Below are positions 47,318 to 57,033 of a stretch of DNA of 64,000 nucleotides, piece by piece. This DNA is from Candidatus Eiseniibacteriota bacterium. GTDB lineage: Bacteria > Eisenbacteria > RBG-16-71-46 > DASYSL01. Both the position numbers and the translations under genes were made by a program. The notes beneath the pieces were generated by a model, which was not told the DNA's origin, ran no database searches, and saw only the letters and a program-made list of their open reading frames with translations. The stretch spans positions 407-64,406 of the forward strand of contig JANPEF010000011.1 of the NCBI GenBank assembly GCA_031431875.1. Direction: 5' to 3'. The first letter of the stretch is position 1, and every line of letters starts with the position of its first letter.

Positions 47318-48342
47318 CACGCCCTCCCGTGGCGCGGCAGCGCCGTCGTCTCGGGCCAGCCGAGCATGAGGTTCAGGTTCTGCAGGGCCTGGGTCGCCGC
47401 GCCCTTCGACAGGTTGTCGATCGCCGCGGTGGCGAGCAGGGTCGTGCCGTCGAACAGCGTGGTCACCTGCACGTCCACCCGATTGGAGCCGCGCACCGCG
47501 CGCGTCTCGGGCCACGTCCCCGCCGGCAGCAGGCGCACGAACGGCTCGGCATCGTAGCGCGCGGCATACAGCGAGCGCAGCTCGCCCTCGGTCGTCGCCC
47601 GGGTGAGCGGCGCCTGCGCAGTGAGCAGGATGCCGCGCGCCATCGGCACCAGCTGCGGCGCGAACGCGACGCGCGCGCCGGGGGCGCCGAACGCCGCGAG
47701 CGTACGCGCCATTTCGGCAACGTGGGCGTGCTCCGTGCCCACCTTGTAGAACGCGGCGCCGCCGTCGAGCTCGACGAACTGCGTGCGCGGTGACGAGGCC
47801 CGGCCCGCGCCGCTCGCTCCCGAGATCGCGACGACGGTGACGTCGCCCGCGAGCAGGCCCGCGGTGGCAGCTGGCAGCAGCGCCAGCGCGGCGCCGGTCG
47901 GGTAGCAGCCGGGGTTGGCGATCCGCGTCGCGCCGGTCAGCAAGTGCCGAAACGCCTCGGGCAGGCCGTAGACGTAGCCCGCCGAGCCGTCCCGGTGATC
48001 GGACGACAGGTCGACGATGCGCGCGGGGGTGGCGGCAAGCGCGGGCCGTTCTGCGGCGAGCGTGCGCCATGCCCCGTGCGGCAAGGAGGTGACGAGCGTA
48101 TCGGCGGCCCCGTCCTCGAGCAGGGTCGCGATCCCGTCGAGGTCGACGACAGGGGCGAGCCCTTCTGCGCGGGGATCGAGGCCGGGATCGAAGTCCCCGG
48201 CCGCGCGACCGACGGCATCGCGCGAGCCGAGGGCGACGACGGTCACGCCCGGGTGCGACTCGGCCAGGCGCACGAACTCGGCGCCGGCATAGCCGGACGC
48301 GCCGAGGACGGCGACCCTGGCGTGGACGGGCGGGGCGCTCAT
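47314..48342 (-). CDS. argC: N-acetyl-gamma-glutamyl-phosphate reductase
   Basis: VAVLGASGYAGAEFVRL NAD-binding motif and an active-site Cys in IANPGCYPTG. ATG at 48340-48342 with a GGAGGA RBS, overlapping the argR stop. Confidence 0.85.
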   Translation of the reverse strand: MSAPPVHARVAVLGASGYAGAEFVRLAESHPGVTVVALGSRDAVGRAAGDFDPGLDPRAEGLAPVVDLDGIATLLEDGAADTLVTSLPHGAWRTLAAERPALAATPARIVDLSSDHRDGSAGYVYGLPEAFRHLLTGATRIANPGCYPTGAALALLPAATAGLLAGDVTVVAISGASGAGRASSPRTQFVELDGGAAFYKVGTEHAHVAEMARTLAAFGAPGARVAFAPQLVPMARGILLTAQAPLTRATTEGELRSLYAARYDAEPFVRLLPAGTWPETRAVRGSNRVDVQVTTLFDGTTLLATAAIDNLSKGAATQALQNLNLMLGWPETTALPRHGRAW

Positions 48343-48896
48343 CCTCCAGCCACGCCGTTCGTCGCGGCGAAGCCTTCCAGGTGCTTCTTCAGGCGCCGCG
48401 CACACGCGGCGTCCTTGAGGACCACGAGCAGCGTGTCGTCCCCGGCGACCGATCCGAGCATGCCGTCGAAGCCGAGCAGGTCGATCGCCCGCCCGACGCC
48501 GTTGGCGTGCCCCGGCGGCGTGCGCACGATCGCCAGGTTCTGCGCCACCTCGACCCCGTTGACGAACGCCTGCAGGTCGAGCCGCTGGCGCGCCCGGTCG
48601 AACGCCTCGACCGCCGGCGTCGGCAGCTCGTAGGCGGCCTGGCCGTCCGCACCCGGGCGCTTGCCGGCGCCGAGGTTGCGGAGGTCGCGCGACAGCGTGG
48701 CCTGCGTCACCGGCAGTCCCTCCTTGGCCAGGGCCCTGGCCAGCGCCTCCTGGCTCGTGTACCGGCGCTCCGAGAGCAGCCGGGCGAGCACGGTGAGGCG
48801 GCGAGTCCTGGTCACGCGGACGACCTCCGTGGGGGCGGCGAGACCGCTGGTCCCCGAGACGACGACGGCCGGCGCCCCTGCGCCGGCCGAGTGCAT
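48339..48896 (-). CDS. argR: arginine repressor ArgR
   Basis: wHTH YTSQEALARALAKEGLPVTQATLSRDLRNLG and a C-terminal oligomerisation/arginine-binding domain (GDDTLLVV). The true start is probably an internal GTG near 48810. The 48896 ATG lies inside the operator palindrome. Confidence 0.8.
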   Translation of the reverse strand: MHSAGAGAPAVVVSGTSGLAAPTEVVRVTRTRRLTVLARLLSERRYTSQEALARALAKEGLPVTQATLSRDLRNLGAGKRPGADGQAAYELPTPAVEAFDRARQRLDLQAFVNGVEVAQNLAIVRTPPGHANGVGRAIDLLGFDGMLGSVAGDDTLLVVLKDAACARRLKKHLEGFAATNGVAGG

Positions 48897-48962
48897 TTAA
48901 ATGCATCAAGCTGAATAATCTGTCACCGGCCACGGGGGCGCAATGGAAAAATGCACCCCGCT
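48885..48962 (+). promoter_or_regulatory. ARG-box-like operator region: perfect 14-bp palindrome TGCATTTAAATGCA plus flanking TGAATAAT / AAAAATGCA half-sites upstream of argR-argCBDG
   Basis: AT-rich patch in otherwise 70% GC DNA. The palindrome at 48891-48904 resembles the TGAAT-w4-ATTCA ARG box. It lies in the divergent interval between argR and the HD-GYP regulator gene. Confidence 0.5.
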
Positions 48963-49037
48963 GGCGGCGGCGGCAGCCAGCGCGTAGGATGCCCGGGAGC
49001 GACCCGCGACGCGACATCCCCGAGGAGGCAAGCCGCC

Positions 49038-50075
49038 ATGGAAGCCCAGCCGACGCGTGACTTCGAGCCCACGACCTACCGCGGCGCCGGTGCCGGCGCC
49101 GGGCGGATCCTGGTGGTCGACGACGACGAGCAGGTCCGCTACCTGCTGCGTTACCTGCTGTCCCACGAGGGGTTCGAAGTCGACGACGCCGCGACCGCCG
49201 ACGAGGCGTTCGACCGCCTCTCGGCCGACGTGCCCGACGTCATCCTGCTCGACCTGCACCTGTCGGGCCGCTCGGGGCACGACGTCGTCCCGCGGCTGCG
49301 CAGCGACACGCGCACGCGCTTCGTGCCGGTCGTCATGATCACCGGTGGCGCCACGCGCAAGGACAAGCTCGACGCGATCTCGGCCGGCGTGACCGACTTC
49401 CTGGGCAAGCCGTTCGACGGCGAGGAGCTGGTGGCGCGCGTGCGGAACCTGGTCCGCCTCAAGCGCTTCACCGACGCGTTCGAGGAGGCGCAGGAGGTGA
49501 TCGTCGCCCTGGCCGGCACGATCGACGCGCGCGATCCCTACACCGCGGGCCACAGCGAGCGCGTCTCGTACTACGCCGAGATGCTGGGCAAGACGATCGG
49601 CCTGTCGTTCGAGGAGCAGAAGGTGCTGCACTTCGGTGGGTTGTTCCACGACATCGGCAAGATCGCCATTCGCGACGACGTTCTGCTCAAGCCAGGCAAG
49701 CTCACACCCGAGGAGTTCAAGGAGATCCAGCGCCACCCGGTGGCCGGGCGCGAGCTGCTCAAGGGCATGCGCACGATCGAGGCCGCGATGCCCATCGTGT
49801 ATCACCACCACGAACGCTTCGACGGCTCGGGCTATCCCGAGGGGCGGATGGGGGACAACATCCCGCTTCTCGCCCGCGTCGCCTCGGTGGCCGACGTGTA
49901 CGACGCGTTGACGACGAGCCGGCCCTACCGCGCGGCGATGACCCGCAGCGAGGCGCTCGAGGTGATGGAGAAGGAGAAGGCGAAGGGCTGGTGGGACCCG
50001 ACCCTGTTCGACGAGTTCCGCGCCGCGCTCGGGGCGCTGCCCGAGGGCTTCCTGCCGGGCGGCGAGGAGGCGTGA
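49038..50075 (+). CDS. response regulator with HD-GYP phosphodiesterase output domain (RpfG-like)
   Basis: REC domain (ILVVDDDE...DVILLDLHL, phospho-Asp context). HD-GYP motifs HDIGK and HHERFDGSGYP. ATG at 49038 with a GAGGAGG RBS. Confidence 0.85.
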   Translation: MEAQPTRDFEPTTYRGAGAGAGRILVVDDDEQVRYLLRYLLSHEGFEVDDAATADEAFDRLSADVPDVILLDLHLSGRSGHDVVPRLRSDTRTRFVPVVMITGGATRKDKLDAISAGVTDFLGKPFDGEELVARVRNLVRLKRFTDAFEEAQEVIVALAGTIDARDPYTAGHSERVSYYAEMLGKTIGLSFEEQKVLHFGGLFHDIGKIAIRDDVLLKPGKLTPEEFKEIQRHPVAGRELLKGMRTIEAAMPIVYHHHERFDGSGYPEGRMGDNIPLLARVASVADVYDALTTSRPYRAAMTRSEALEVMEKEKAKGWWDPTLFDEFRAALGALPEGFLPGGEEA

Positions 50076-50233
50076 CGCTCCGCAGTCGCCCGGTGCGTTG
50101 CATTCCGCACGCCGTGGCGGCGCGGCGAGGCGCCCGCAGGCCCGATGCAATCCGGACCGCGGAACGCTAGACTGTCTGGACGCAAGTCCGGCCCCGGGGA
50201 GGCCGATCATCTTCTCAGGGAGGACCTTCGCTC

Positions 50234-52414
50234 ATGAGCCCGCTGCCGCGCATCCTTCGCTCGCCCCTTCTCGCCGCACTCGCCGCGACGGGTCTGCTCG
50301 CCACTCAAGCCGGTGCGACGACCACGCTCTCCGTTCAGCGCATCGCCACCGGCCTGATCCGGCCGGTGGTCGTGACCTCGCCCCCGGGCGACTCGCGGCT
50401 GTTCATCGTCGAGCAGCGTGGCACCGACCAGTGCGGGCGGATCAAGATTTACAAGAACGGCGCGGTCCTGCCGATCCCATTCCTCACCACCGCACCGCTG
50501 GCGACCGGCAACGAACAGGGGCTCCTCGGGCTGGCATTCCCGCCCGACTTCGCGACCAGCGGCGTGTTCTACATCAACTACACGAGTGCAGGCGGGGCGG
50601 GCACGACGCGGCTGGCGCGCCACCACGTCTCGATGGGCAATCCCGACCGCGCCGACTCGCTGGGCGAGGTGTTCTTCAGCCTGACGCAGCCGTACACCAA
50701 CCACAACGGTGGCTATCTCGGTTTCGGGCCCGACGGATACCTGTACGTCCCGCTCGGCGACGGCGGGGACGCGGGCGATCCGGGCGACCGGGCGCAGAAC
50801 CTGAACTCGTACTTCGGCAAGATCCTGCGCCTCGACGTGAGCGGTGCGACCGGCTACACGGTGCCGCCGTCCAATCCGTACGTCGGCATCGCCGGCACCC
50901 TGCCCGAGATCTGGTCGTTCGGCCTGCGCAATCCGTTCCGCTGCAGCTTCGATCGCCTGACCGGGGACCTGGTCATCGGCGATGTCGGCCAGTTCACGTG
51001 GGAGGAGATCGACTTCGCCAAGGCACCCGACCGCGGGCGCGGCGTGAACTACGGCTGGAAGTGCTGGGAAGGCAATCATTCCTACGGCATCAGTACAACC
51101 ACGCCCTGTCTCTCGTGCTCGCAGAACTCCTGCTTCGTCTTCCCGTCGTTCGAGTACGACCACGGGGCCGGGCGCTGCTCGGTCACCGGCGGCTACGTCT
51201 ACCGCGGTTGCGCCATCCCGGACCTGCAGGGCACGTACCTCTTCGGCGACTACTGCGGCGGGCAGCTCTACACCGGCCGCTTTGCCGGGGACCAGCTGAC
51301 CGGCGTCACCGATCGCAACGCGGAGCTCGTGGCGGGAACGGGGTTCACCATCGACCAGGTCTCGAGTTTCGGCGAGGACGCCTTCGGCGAGCTCTACATC
51401 TGCGACCTGGGCGGCCAAGTCTACAAGATCGTCCCGCGCACCGCCGTGGCCGAGGCCGACCAGCCCGTGCTCAGCGTGCTCACGTCGTCCGGCGACGTCC
51501 TCGGCGCGAGCGCACCCGGCAACGCGCACCTGCCCGACATCGTCCCGTACGCGGACGCGGGAAGCCGGATCGCCGGCGCGGGATTCCTGCGGAACGCGCA
51601 ACCACGCGGGTGCGCCGACTTCGCCGGTGGATGCCTGACGGCCCCGCTGCGCCTGGGCACGTGGGACCTCGATGTCACTTCGTGCGTCGATCCCGACAGC
51701 GTGACGCTGACGCGCACGTTCACGTTCACCAATCGGGCGATCGGGGCGCAGGCGCTTTCGTTCCGCGACGTGATCGCCCCGTGGCTCGACGGCGACGACG
51801 ACACCGCCGCGACGTTCGAGCCGGCGACCGGCGACCAGAGCGGGCTGCTCGTGCAGTTCGACAGCGATGCGCCGACGCAGTACCTCCGCCATCGGGGGTT
51901 CGCCGTCGGGGCGACGATCAGCCAGGACGTGGCTGCGAAGGCCGCGGTCGAGGCGCGCGTCGCGGCGGACCAGCCGCTCTCGGGCGCGCTCGAGGCCGGG
52001 CCGACGCGGCTGGCGCTGGCCCTGGGCTTCGACTTCGGGACGATCGCACCGGCCGCGAGCGCGACCGCCACGGTGGTGACGCGCCTCACGCCGACGGCGC
52101 CGCTGGGGTTCGATCCGCCGGATCCGCTGCCGTTCGACGGCCGCCTGCTGCGCATCGCGGGCGCGATGCCGTTTCGCGGTGCGCTGGCGTTCACGCTCGT
52201 GCTGCCCGTCGACGGCGCGGTGCGCCTCGCGGTGTACGACGGGCGCGGGCGGCTCATCCGCACGCTGCACGACGGTCCGCTCACGGCGGGCCGCCGCACC
52301 CTGTCGTGGGACGGTCGCGACGCGCGTGGCGCCGACACGGCGGCCGGTCTCTACTTCGTGCGCGCGACGACCCCGGTGGGCGAGGAATCCCTGCGCGCCG
52401 TGCGCGTGCGCTGA
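50234..52414 (+). CDS. secreted PQQ-type soluble glucose/sorbosone dehydrogenase-like beta-propeller with a C-terminal FlgD-Ig-like domain
   Basis: Signal peptide. GSDH-family motifs EQGLLGLAFPPDF, HNGGYLGFGPDGYLYV and NYGWKCWEG. The tail is FTLVLPVDGAVRLAVYDGRGRLIRTL...WDGRDARGADTAAGLYFV. Confidence 0.7.
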   Translation: MSPLPRILRSPLLAALAATGLLATQAGATTTLSVQRIATGLIRPVVVTSPPGDSRLFIVEQRGTDQCGRIKIYKNGAVLPIPFLTTAPLATGNEQGLLGLAFPPDFATSGVFYINYTSAGGAGTTRLARHHVSMGNPDRADSLGEVFFSLTQPYTNHNGGYLGFGPDGYLYVPLGDGGDAGDPGDRAQNLNSYFGKILRLDVSGATGYTVPPSNPYVGIAGTLPEIWSFGLRNPFRCSFDRLTGDLVIGDVGQFTWEEIDFAKAPDRGRGVNYGWKCWEGNHSYGISTTTPCLSCSQNSCFVFPSFEYDHGAGRCSVTGGYVYRGCAIPDLQGTYLFGDYCGGQLYTGRFAGDQLTGVTDRNAELVAGTGFTIDQVSSFGEDAFGELYICDLGGQVYKIVPRTAVAEADQPVLSVLTSSGDVLGASAPGNAHLPDIVPYADAGSRIAGAGFLRNAQPRGCADFAGGCLTAPLRLGTWDLDVTSCVDPDSVTLTRTFTFTNRAIGAQALSFRDVIAPWLDGDDDTAATFEPATGDQSGLLVQFDSDAPTQYLRHRGFAVGATISQDVAAKAAVEARVAADQPLSGALEAGPTRLALALGFDFGTIAPAASATATVVTRLTPTAPLGFDPPDPLPFDGRLLRIAGAMPFRGALAFTLVLPVDGAVRLAVYDGRGRLIRTLHDGPLTAGRRTLSWDGRDARGADTAAGLYFVRATTPVGEESLRAVRVR

Positions 52415-52422
52415 GCCGCCCG

Positions 52423-53187
52423 ATGGCGATCACCGACGCGGCCCGGGCGTGGCTCAAGCGTGCCCTCGGGCGCTTCATTCCCGCCACCGCCGTCGTCGAG
52501 GAATGGGAGTGGTACGCGCGCAACCACGCGCGCGGGCCGAGCCGGGCCGATGGCAACCTGGGGGACGAGTGGAACACACCCGCGGTGATCGGGGCGGACG
52601 TCGACGCGGCGCGCCTGGTGGCGCACCTCGACGAACAGGTCTTCGCGCCGTTCCTCGAGCCGCTCACGCCGATCGGGACCCTGCTCGAGATCGGCGCCGG
52701 CGGCGGCCGCTTCACGGCGGTCCTTGCGGACCGCGCCACGTTGGTGCTCGCCGGTGACGCCGCGCCCACCATGCTGGCCTTGCTGGCGAAGCGCTTCGGC
52801 GACCGGCCCGGCGTCCGACCGCTGCTGCTCGATGGGCGCACGCTCGCCGGCGTGGCCGATGGCGGCGTGGACGCGGTCTTCTCCTACGACGTGTTCGTCC
52901 ATCTGCCCGCGTGGGACACGTTCAACTACCTGCGCGAGATTCACCGCGTGCTGCGGCCGGGCGGCCGGGCGATCGTCCACCACGGCAACGCGCTTTCGGA
53001 TCTGGGGTGGAAGAAGTTCGCCGCCGACGCCGAGCGGGAGCGCCAGGGGCTCCCGTCGGCCGGACGGTTCCCGGCGATGACTCCGGCGCTGATGGCGACA
53101 ATGGTTTCGCGCGCCGGGCTCACGCTCGTGCGCAGCGAGGAAGGGATCGTGCGCCGCGACGCGATCGCGCTGATCGAAAAAAGCTGA
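52423..53187 (+). CDS. class I SAM-dependent methyltransferase
   Basis: ATG at 52423, 9 nt after the upstream stop. Motif I LLEIGAGGGRFT and a motif post-I acidic residue. The 1029-aa track ORF is an artefact. Confidence 0.7.
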   Translation: MAITDAARAWLKRALGRFIPATAVVEEWEWYARNHARGPSRADGNLGDEWNTPAVIGADVDAARLVAHLDEQVFAPFLEPLTPIGTLLEIGAGGGRFTAVLADRATLVLAGDAAPTMLALLAKRFGDRPGVRPLLLDGRTLAGVADGGVDAVFSYDVFVHLPAWDTFNYLREIHRVLRPGGRAIVHHGNALSDLGWKKFAADAERERQGLPSAGRFPAMTPALMATMVSRAGLTLVRSEEGIVRRDAIALIEKS

Positions 53188-53997
53188 TCAGCGTCCCGCC
53201 CCGAAGTCCCATTCCCAGGCGAGAATCGCCTGCCACGATCCGTCGGACTTCAGCGTGACTCCCTGGTCGAGTTGCAGGGAGCGACTGATTGTCTGGGCGA
53301 GACCGAGCGTTGCTTCGAACGCGGTTTCGGGACCGCCCGGCTCGCCTGCGTCGCCGTCCTCCCCGGGAGCCGGCGCCTCGCCGCGGAGGGGACCGACCGG
53401 GAGCGCGGCGAGAAACTCACCGGTCAGGTCGAGGACCGGGCTGGCGTGCCAGGCGCCGGCGAGCGAGATCTGCAGGTCGTCGCGGAGCAAGCCCTCGGAA
53501 GGCAGGCCAGCGCGCGTGTACCGAAGGTCGAGGCCCGCGTCGGCCGGAATGAACTCCTTGTTCACGAGCAGTCCGAGGAGCACGTCGCTGCCACCCGAGC
53601 CGAACTCCTCGTGGCTGGCGGTCGACCATTGCACCCCGGCCTCGAGCGCCACCGCGGGCCGGTAGCGTCGCTCGGAGACGAACTCGTAGTTCATCGTCGT
53701 TTCCAGGTCGTCGAATCCGCGCAGCGTCTCGCCCTCCGCCGGTCGCAGGGCGAGCCACGTGGGTTCCGCAGTGAAGGCGAGCCGCGGCGTGATCGCGAGT
53801 TCGACGAGGAAGGGGAGGCCGTACTCGGTCTGCCCGGAGTCGGACTGGATCTCGAAGCCGGAGCCGATCAGCAGTCCGACCCCCGGCCCGCGGGTGCGCG
53901 TTGCCTGGACGATCTTCGCCGATACCGGTGCGGTCCCCAGGCCGAGGAGAATGGCGATCGTGCCGCCGCAGGTGAGGCGTCGCCACGCCGGCTTCAC
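53188..53997 (-). CDS. small outer-membrane beta-barrel-like protein (MetA-pathway/transporter-like family candidate)
   Basis: A GTG start at 53995-53997 overlaps the upstream stop (GTGA). Signal peptide VKPAWRRLTCGGTIAILLGLGTAPVSA. Alternating amphipathic beta-strands and a C-terminal aromatic-rich end (AILAWEWDFGAGR). Confidence 0.5.
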   Translation of the reverse strand: MKPAWRRLTCGGTIAILLGLGTAPVSAKIVQATRTRGPGVGLLIGSGFEIQSDSGQTEYGLPFLVELAITPRLAFTAEPTWLALRPAEGETLRGFDDLETTMNYEFVSERRYRPAVALEAGVQWSTASHEEFGSGGSDVLLGLLVNKEFIPADAGLDLRYTRAGLPSEGLLRDDLQISLAGAWHASPVLDLTGEFLAALPVGPLRGEAPAPGEDGDAGEPGGPETAFEATLGLAQTISRSLQLDQGVTLKSDGSWQAILAWEWDFGAGR

Positions 53998-54713
53998 GGC
54001 GGACCCATCGACACGAGGACCGTGACTTCCTTCGTGGCCGCGCGCGCCCGCACGAGCCCGACGCCCCGGGCATACCACTTGCGATCCGTGCCGGACTCGA
54101 GCATCGACCACTCCTTGGTCTGCACACAACCGGCAAACGCGCCGAGCGGTACGATCACCGAGTCGCTCACCGAGACGACCTGCGCCCGATCCTCCGCAAT
54201 CCCGCGCGCATAGCCGTGTCGGTAGTCGGGCATGCCGGGAGCGGGAGTGGCCGGCATGATGACTCCGGGCTCGGCGCGGTCGATGCCCGCCTCCCACGAG
54301 CCCTCGCGATCGACGCGATCTCCGCGCAGGAACTCCCGCGCATCCTCGCCAAAGATCCACACGTTGCCCGCCCGATCCTGCGCGTACCACGTCACGGTCT
54401 CCTGGGTGAGCTTTCCCTTCTCGTGGACGCGCTCGCGGACCGCGACGCAGGCGACACCGAGGATCCCGTGGGACTCGGCGAGGACGAGGGTCTCGATCTC
54501 GCTGACCTGCTTGCCCTGCTGTTCGACGAAGCGGAACACGGTTCCTGGCGGGAGGGGAAAGTACGGGTGGTCCACCCCGGTGACGTAGTCCGCCGCCGCA
54601 AACGAGGCTGCGTGCTCGCTCGGCTGCGGGGCGGCCTGCGGCCGCGCCGGGTCGGGCACGGAGATGGCCAGAAATGAGAGCGCGGTCAGGATCGTGAGTG
54701 GCATCGGACGCAT
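53994..54713 (-). CDS. secreted hypothetical protein with a WYAQD...VW.FGED domain (paralogous to the N-terminal domain of 57034..58395)
   Basis: ATG at 54711-54713 with a GGAGG RBS. Signal peptide MRPMPLTILTALSFLAISVP. Its domain is shared with the lipoprotein on the other side of the two-component system. Confidence 0.55.
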   Translation of the reverse strand: MRPMPLTILTALSFLAISVPDPARPQAAPQPSEHAASFAAADYVTGVDHPYFPLPPGTVFRFVEQQGKQVSEIETLVLAESHGILGVACVAVRERVHEKGKLTQETVTWYAQDRAGNVWIFGEDAREFLRGDRVDREGSWEAGIDRAEPGVIMPATPAPGMPDYRHGYARGIAEDRAQVVSVSDSVIVPLGAFAGCVQTKEWSMLESGTDRKWYARGVGLVRARAATKEVTVLVSMGPP

Positions 54714-54759
54714 GGGGCGCCTCCCTTCAACTCGAGGATGACCACCCCGGATGAGAGGA

Positions 54760-56196
54760 TCATGAGATCGGCTCGAGCTTCCGCGGGACGCCCGCGCGCG
54801 GCACCTCGAGCGTGCAGATGAACTCGCCGCCCGGCTCCGATCGCAGTTCGACGCCCAGGCCGAGGGCTCCCGCGATCCGTTGCACCAGGGAAAGCCCCAG
54901 CCCGTGGTGCCCGCCGTCGGCGCCCCGCGCCCGATCGCCGCGGACAAAGCGCGCAAACAGCTGGGGAATCTCCGCCTGCGAAACGGTCGCGCCGGTGTTG
55001 GCGACGCGCAGGATCACGCCATCCTGCGCGGCGAGGACGTCGACACTCACCCGCCCGCCGGGGTCCGCATGCGAGATCGCGTTGTCGAGCAGGTTGCGGA
55101 TCGCCGTCCCGAGGAGTGCGGCATCCGTGAGCACCGGCGCGGTCGCTGCGAACGACTGCCGAACGTCCAGGCGCCGCGCCACCGCCCGCGCCAGCAGCGG
55201 CGCCAGGCTGTCGCGCGTCAGCGCCGCGACGTCGGTCGGCGCGGCTTCGGCGGTCACCAGCCCCGCATCGAGCCGGGCGAGCTGCAGGAGCGTGTGCACC
55301 AGGTGTTGCATGCGGAGGGTCATCGCGAGCGCTTCGCGCAGGGTCTCCTCGTAGCGCTCAGCGGCACGCGGACGCGACAGCTCGACCTCGAGCGAGCTAC
55401 GGAGCCCGGCGAGCGGCGTCCGCAGCTCGTGGGCGATGTCCGCACTGAACGTCCGCTCCCGCTCGAAAGCCGCATGGAGCCGCTCGAGCAATTGGTTCAG
55501 CCGGCGCACGACCGGCCGGAGTTCGTCGGGTGCGCCCGGCGAACCCAGCGGTCGCGTGAGATCGTCGGCGCGCAGCGCGTCGATCTCGCCGGCAAGTCGA
55601 TCGAGCGGTCGCAGGCTGTGTCCGACAATGCCGTTGAGGATCAGGAGCGTGAGAAGCGCGGCCGCCAGGCCGATGACGACGAACAGGACGTGCAGGCGGC
55701 TCATCAGCCGCTCGACGCCGGAGAGGTCGCGGCCCAGGGAGAGTTCGACGACCGGGCCCCGCGGAATCGGCCCGAGATCGGGGTCGACCCGGGCGACGAA
55801 TCGCGCGTGGTAGGTGCGCAATCGCCGACCGTCCTCCATCCGCTCGAATCCCATGACCTCCTCGCCGACGGCCGTGCGCGGTCGCGCCAGCTTCACCGCC
55901 GCAAGGCTCGGCGAGCGATAGAGGGTCCCGGCCTCGACACGCCACACTTCGAGGAAGCTCGTTCCGCCCGCCGGCCCGAAATCGCCCATCTCCAGTTCCA
56001 CGAAGCCGAGTTCCAGGCCCTCCTCCGCCAGCTCGACCGTGGAGGCGACCCAGCGGCCGCGTTCCCGCAGCGATCGATCGAGATCGTCGAGGAGCACGCT
56101 GCGCACCCCCCGATCCGTCGCGAAGCCCGCCGCAGTGAACGCCGCCAATGTCCCGAGGATCATTCCTGCGCGAAGCGTCCCGCGAATCGAACTCAC
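54760..56196 (-). CDS. sensor histidine kinase (periplasmic sensor, HAMP, HisKA, HATPase_c)
   Basis: Two transmembrane segments. H-box SADIAHELRTPLAGL, N-box LLDNAISH, and G-boxes DGGHHGLGLSLV. Confidence 0.85.
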   Translation of the reverse strand: MSSIRGTLRAGMILGTLAAFTAAGFATDRGVRSVLLDDLDRSLRERGRWVASTVELAEEGLELGFVELEMGDFGPAGGTSFLEVWRVEAGTLYRSPSLAAVKLARPRTAVGEEVMGFERMEDGRRLRTYHARFVARVDPDLGPIPRGPVVELSLGRDLSGVERLMSRLHVLFVVIGLAAALLTLLILNGIVGHSLRPLDRLAGEIDALRADDLTRPLGSPGAPDELRPVVRRLNQLLERLHAAFERERTFSADIAHELRTPLAGLRSSLEVELSRPRAAERYEETLREALAMTLRMQHLVHTLLQLARLDAGLVTAEAAPTDVAALTRDSLAPLLARAVARRLDVRQSFAATAPVLTDAALLGTAIRNLLDNAISHADPGGRVSVDVLAAQDGVILRVANTGATVSQAEIPQLFARFVRGDRARGADGGHHGLGLSLVQRIAGALGLGVELRSEPGGEFICTLEVPRAGVPRKLEPIS

Positions 56197-56876
56197 GACT
56201 CCTCCTCGTGCTCGGCGAGGACGTAGCCCATGCCGCGTCGCGTGTGGATCACGCGGGTGGCCCCTCCGTCCTCGAGCTTGCGGCGCAGGTAACCCACGTA
56301 GACGTCGACCACGTTGCTGCTGTGCTCGCTGGCGAAGTCATACACGCGTTCCTCGATTTCCTCGCGGGTGATGACCGATCCGGGGCGCGCGGCCAGCACT
56401 TCGAGGATTCCGTATTCCCGCGCCGTCAGCTCGATGACCCGGCCCTTTCGGCGGACCGAGCGGGCGACGGTGTCGATCTCGAGGTCGCCGATCCGCACGC
56501 AGGGGGACGTCTGTTCGTAGCGACGGCGCAACAGCGCGCGCACGCGGGCGAGCAGCTCGGCGAACGCGAACGGTTTGACCAGGTAGTCGTCGGCGCCGTT
56601 GTCGAGGGCGGCGACGCGGTCACGAACCGCGTCCCGGGCCGTGAGGATGAGGAGACGACTCGGGCAGCGCTGCTCGCGCAGTCGCTCGAGGATGGTGAGA
56701 CCATCCATGCCGGGGAGCATGACATCGAGCACGATCGCGTCGTAGGCGCCGGTCTCGGCGAAGGCCAGGCCCTGCGTGCCGTCGGCGACCTCGTCGACGG
56801 CAAAGCCCGCCTCACGGAGGCCCCGCGCGATGGAGCTGCGCAGTGGAGAGAAGTCTTCGACGACCAGGATGCGCAT
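56193..56876 (-). CDS. OmpR-family response regulator
   Basis: REC domain (MRILVVEDF...LDVMLPGMDG) and a winged-helix trans_reg_C (LTAREYGILEVL...RGMGYVL). Overlaps the kinase start (ATGA). Confidence 0.9.
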   Translation of the reverse strand: MRILVVEDFSPLRSSIARGLREAGFAVDEVADGTQGLAFAETGAYDAIVLDVMLPGMDGLTILERLREQRCPSRLLILTARDAVRDRVAALDNGADDYLVKPFAFAELLARVRALLRRRYEQTSPCVRIGDLEIDTVARSVRRKGRVIELTAREYGILEVLAARPGSVITREEIEERVYDFASEHSSNVVDVYVGYLRRKLEDGGATRVIHTRRGMGYVLAEHEEES

Positions 56877-57033
56877 ACGACGAGGATAGGGGAGGGCGTT
56901 CCCGGCCCGCCAGCCCGATCGCGAAAAGTCTCATCGTCCTCTCACTTCGTGGGCGCAATCTCGGTTGTGCCGGAGTGGCTCGCAAGCGCCATTGCCCGGG
57001 CGGAATCCACCACGAGGCAAGCAGGAGGAAACC

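Noticed and set aside
50098-52422. 1029-aa ORF 50098..53187
   Set aside because: Only the last 254 codons (52423..53187) form a coherent methyltransferase. The upstream part is an alternative frame of the PQQ-dehydrogenase gene.
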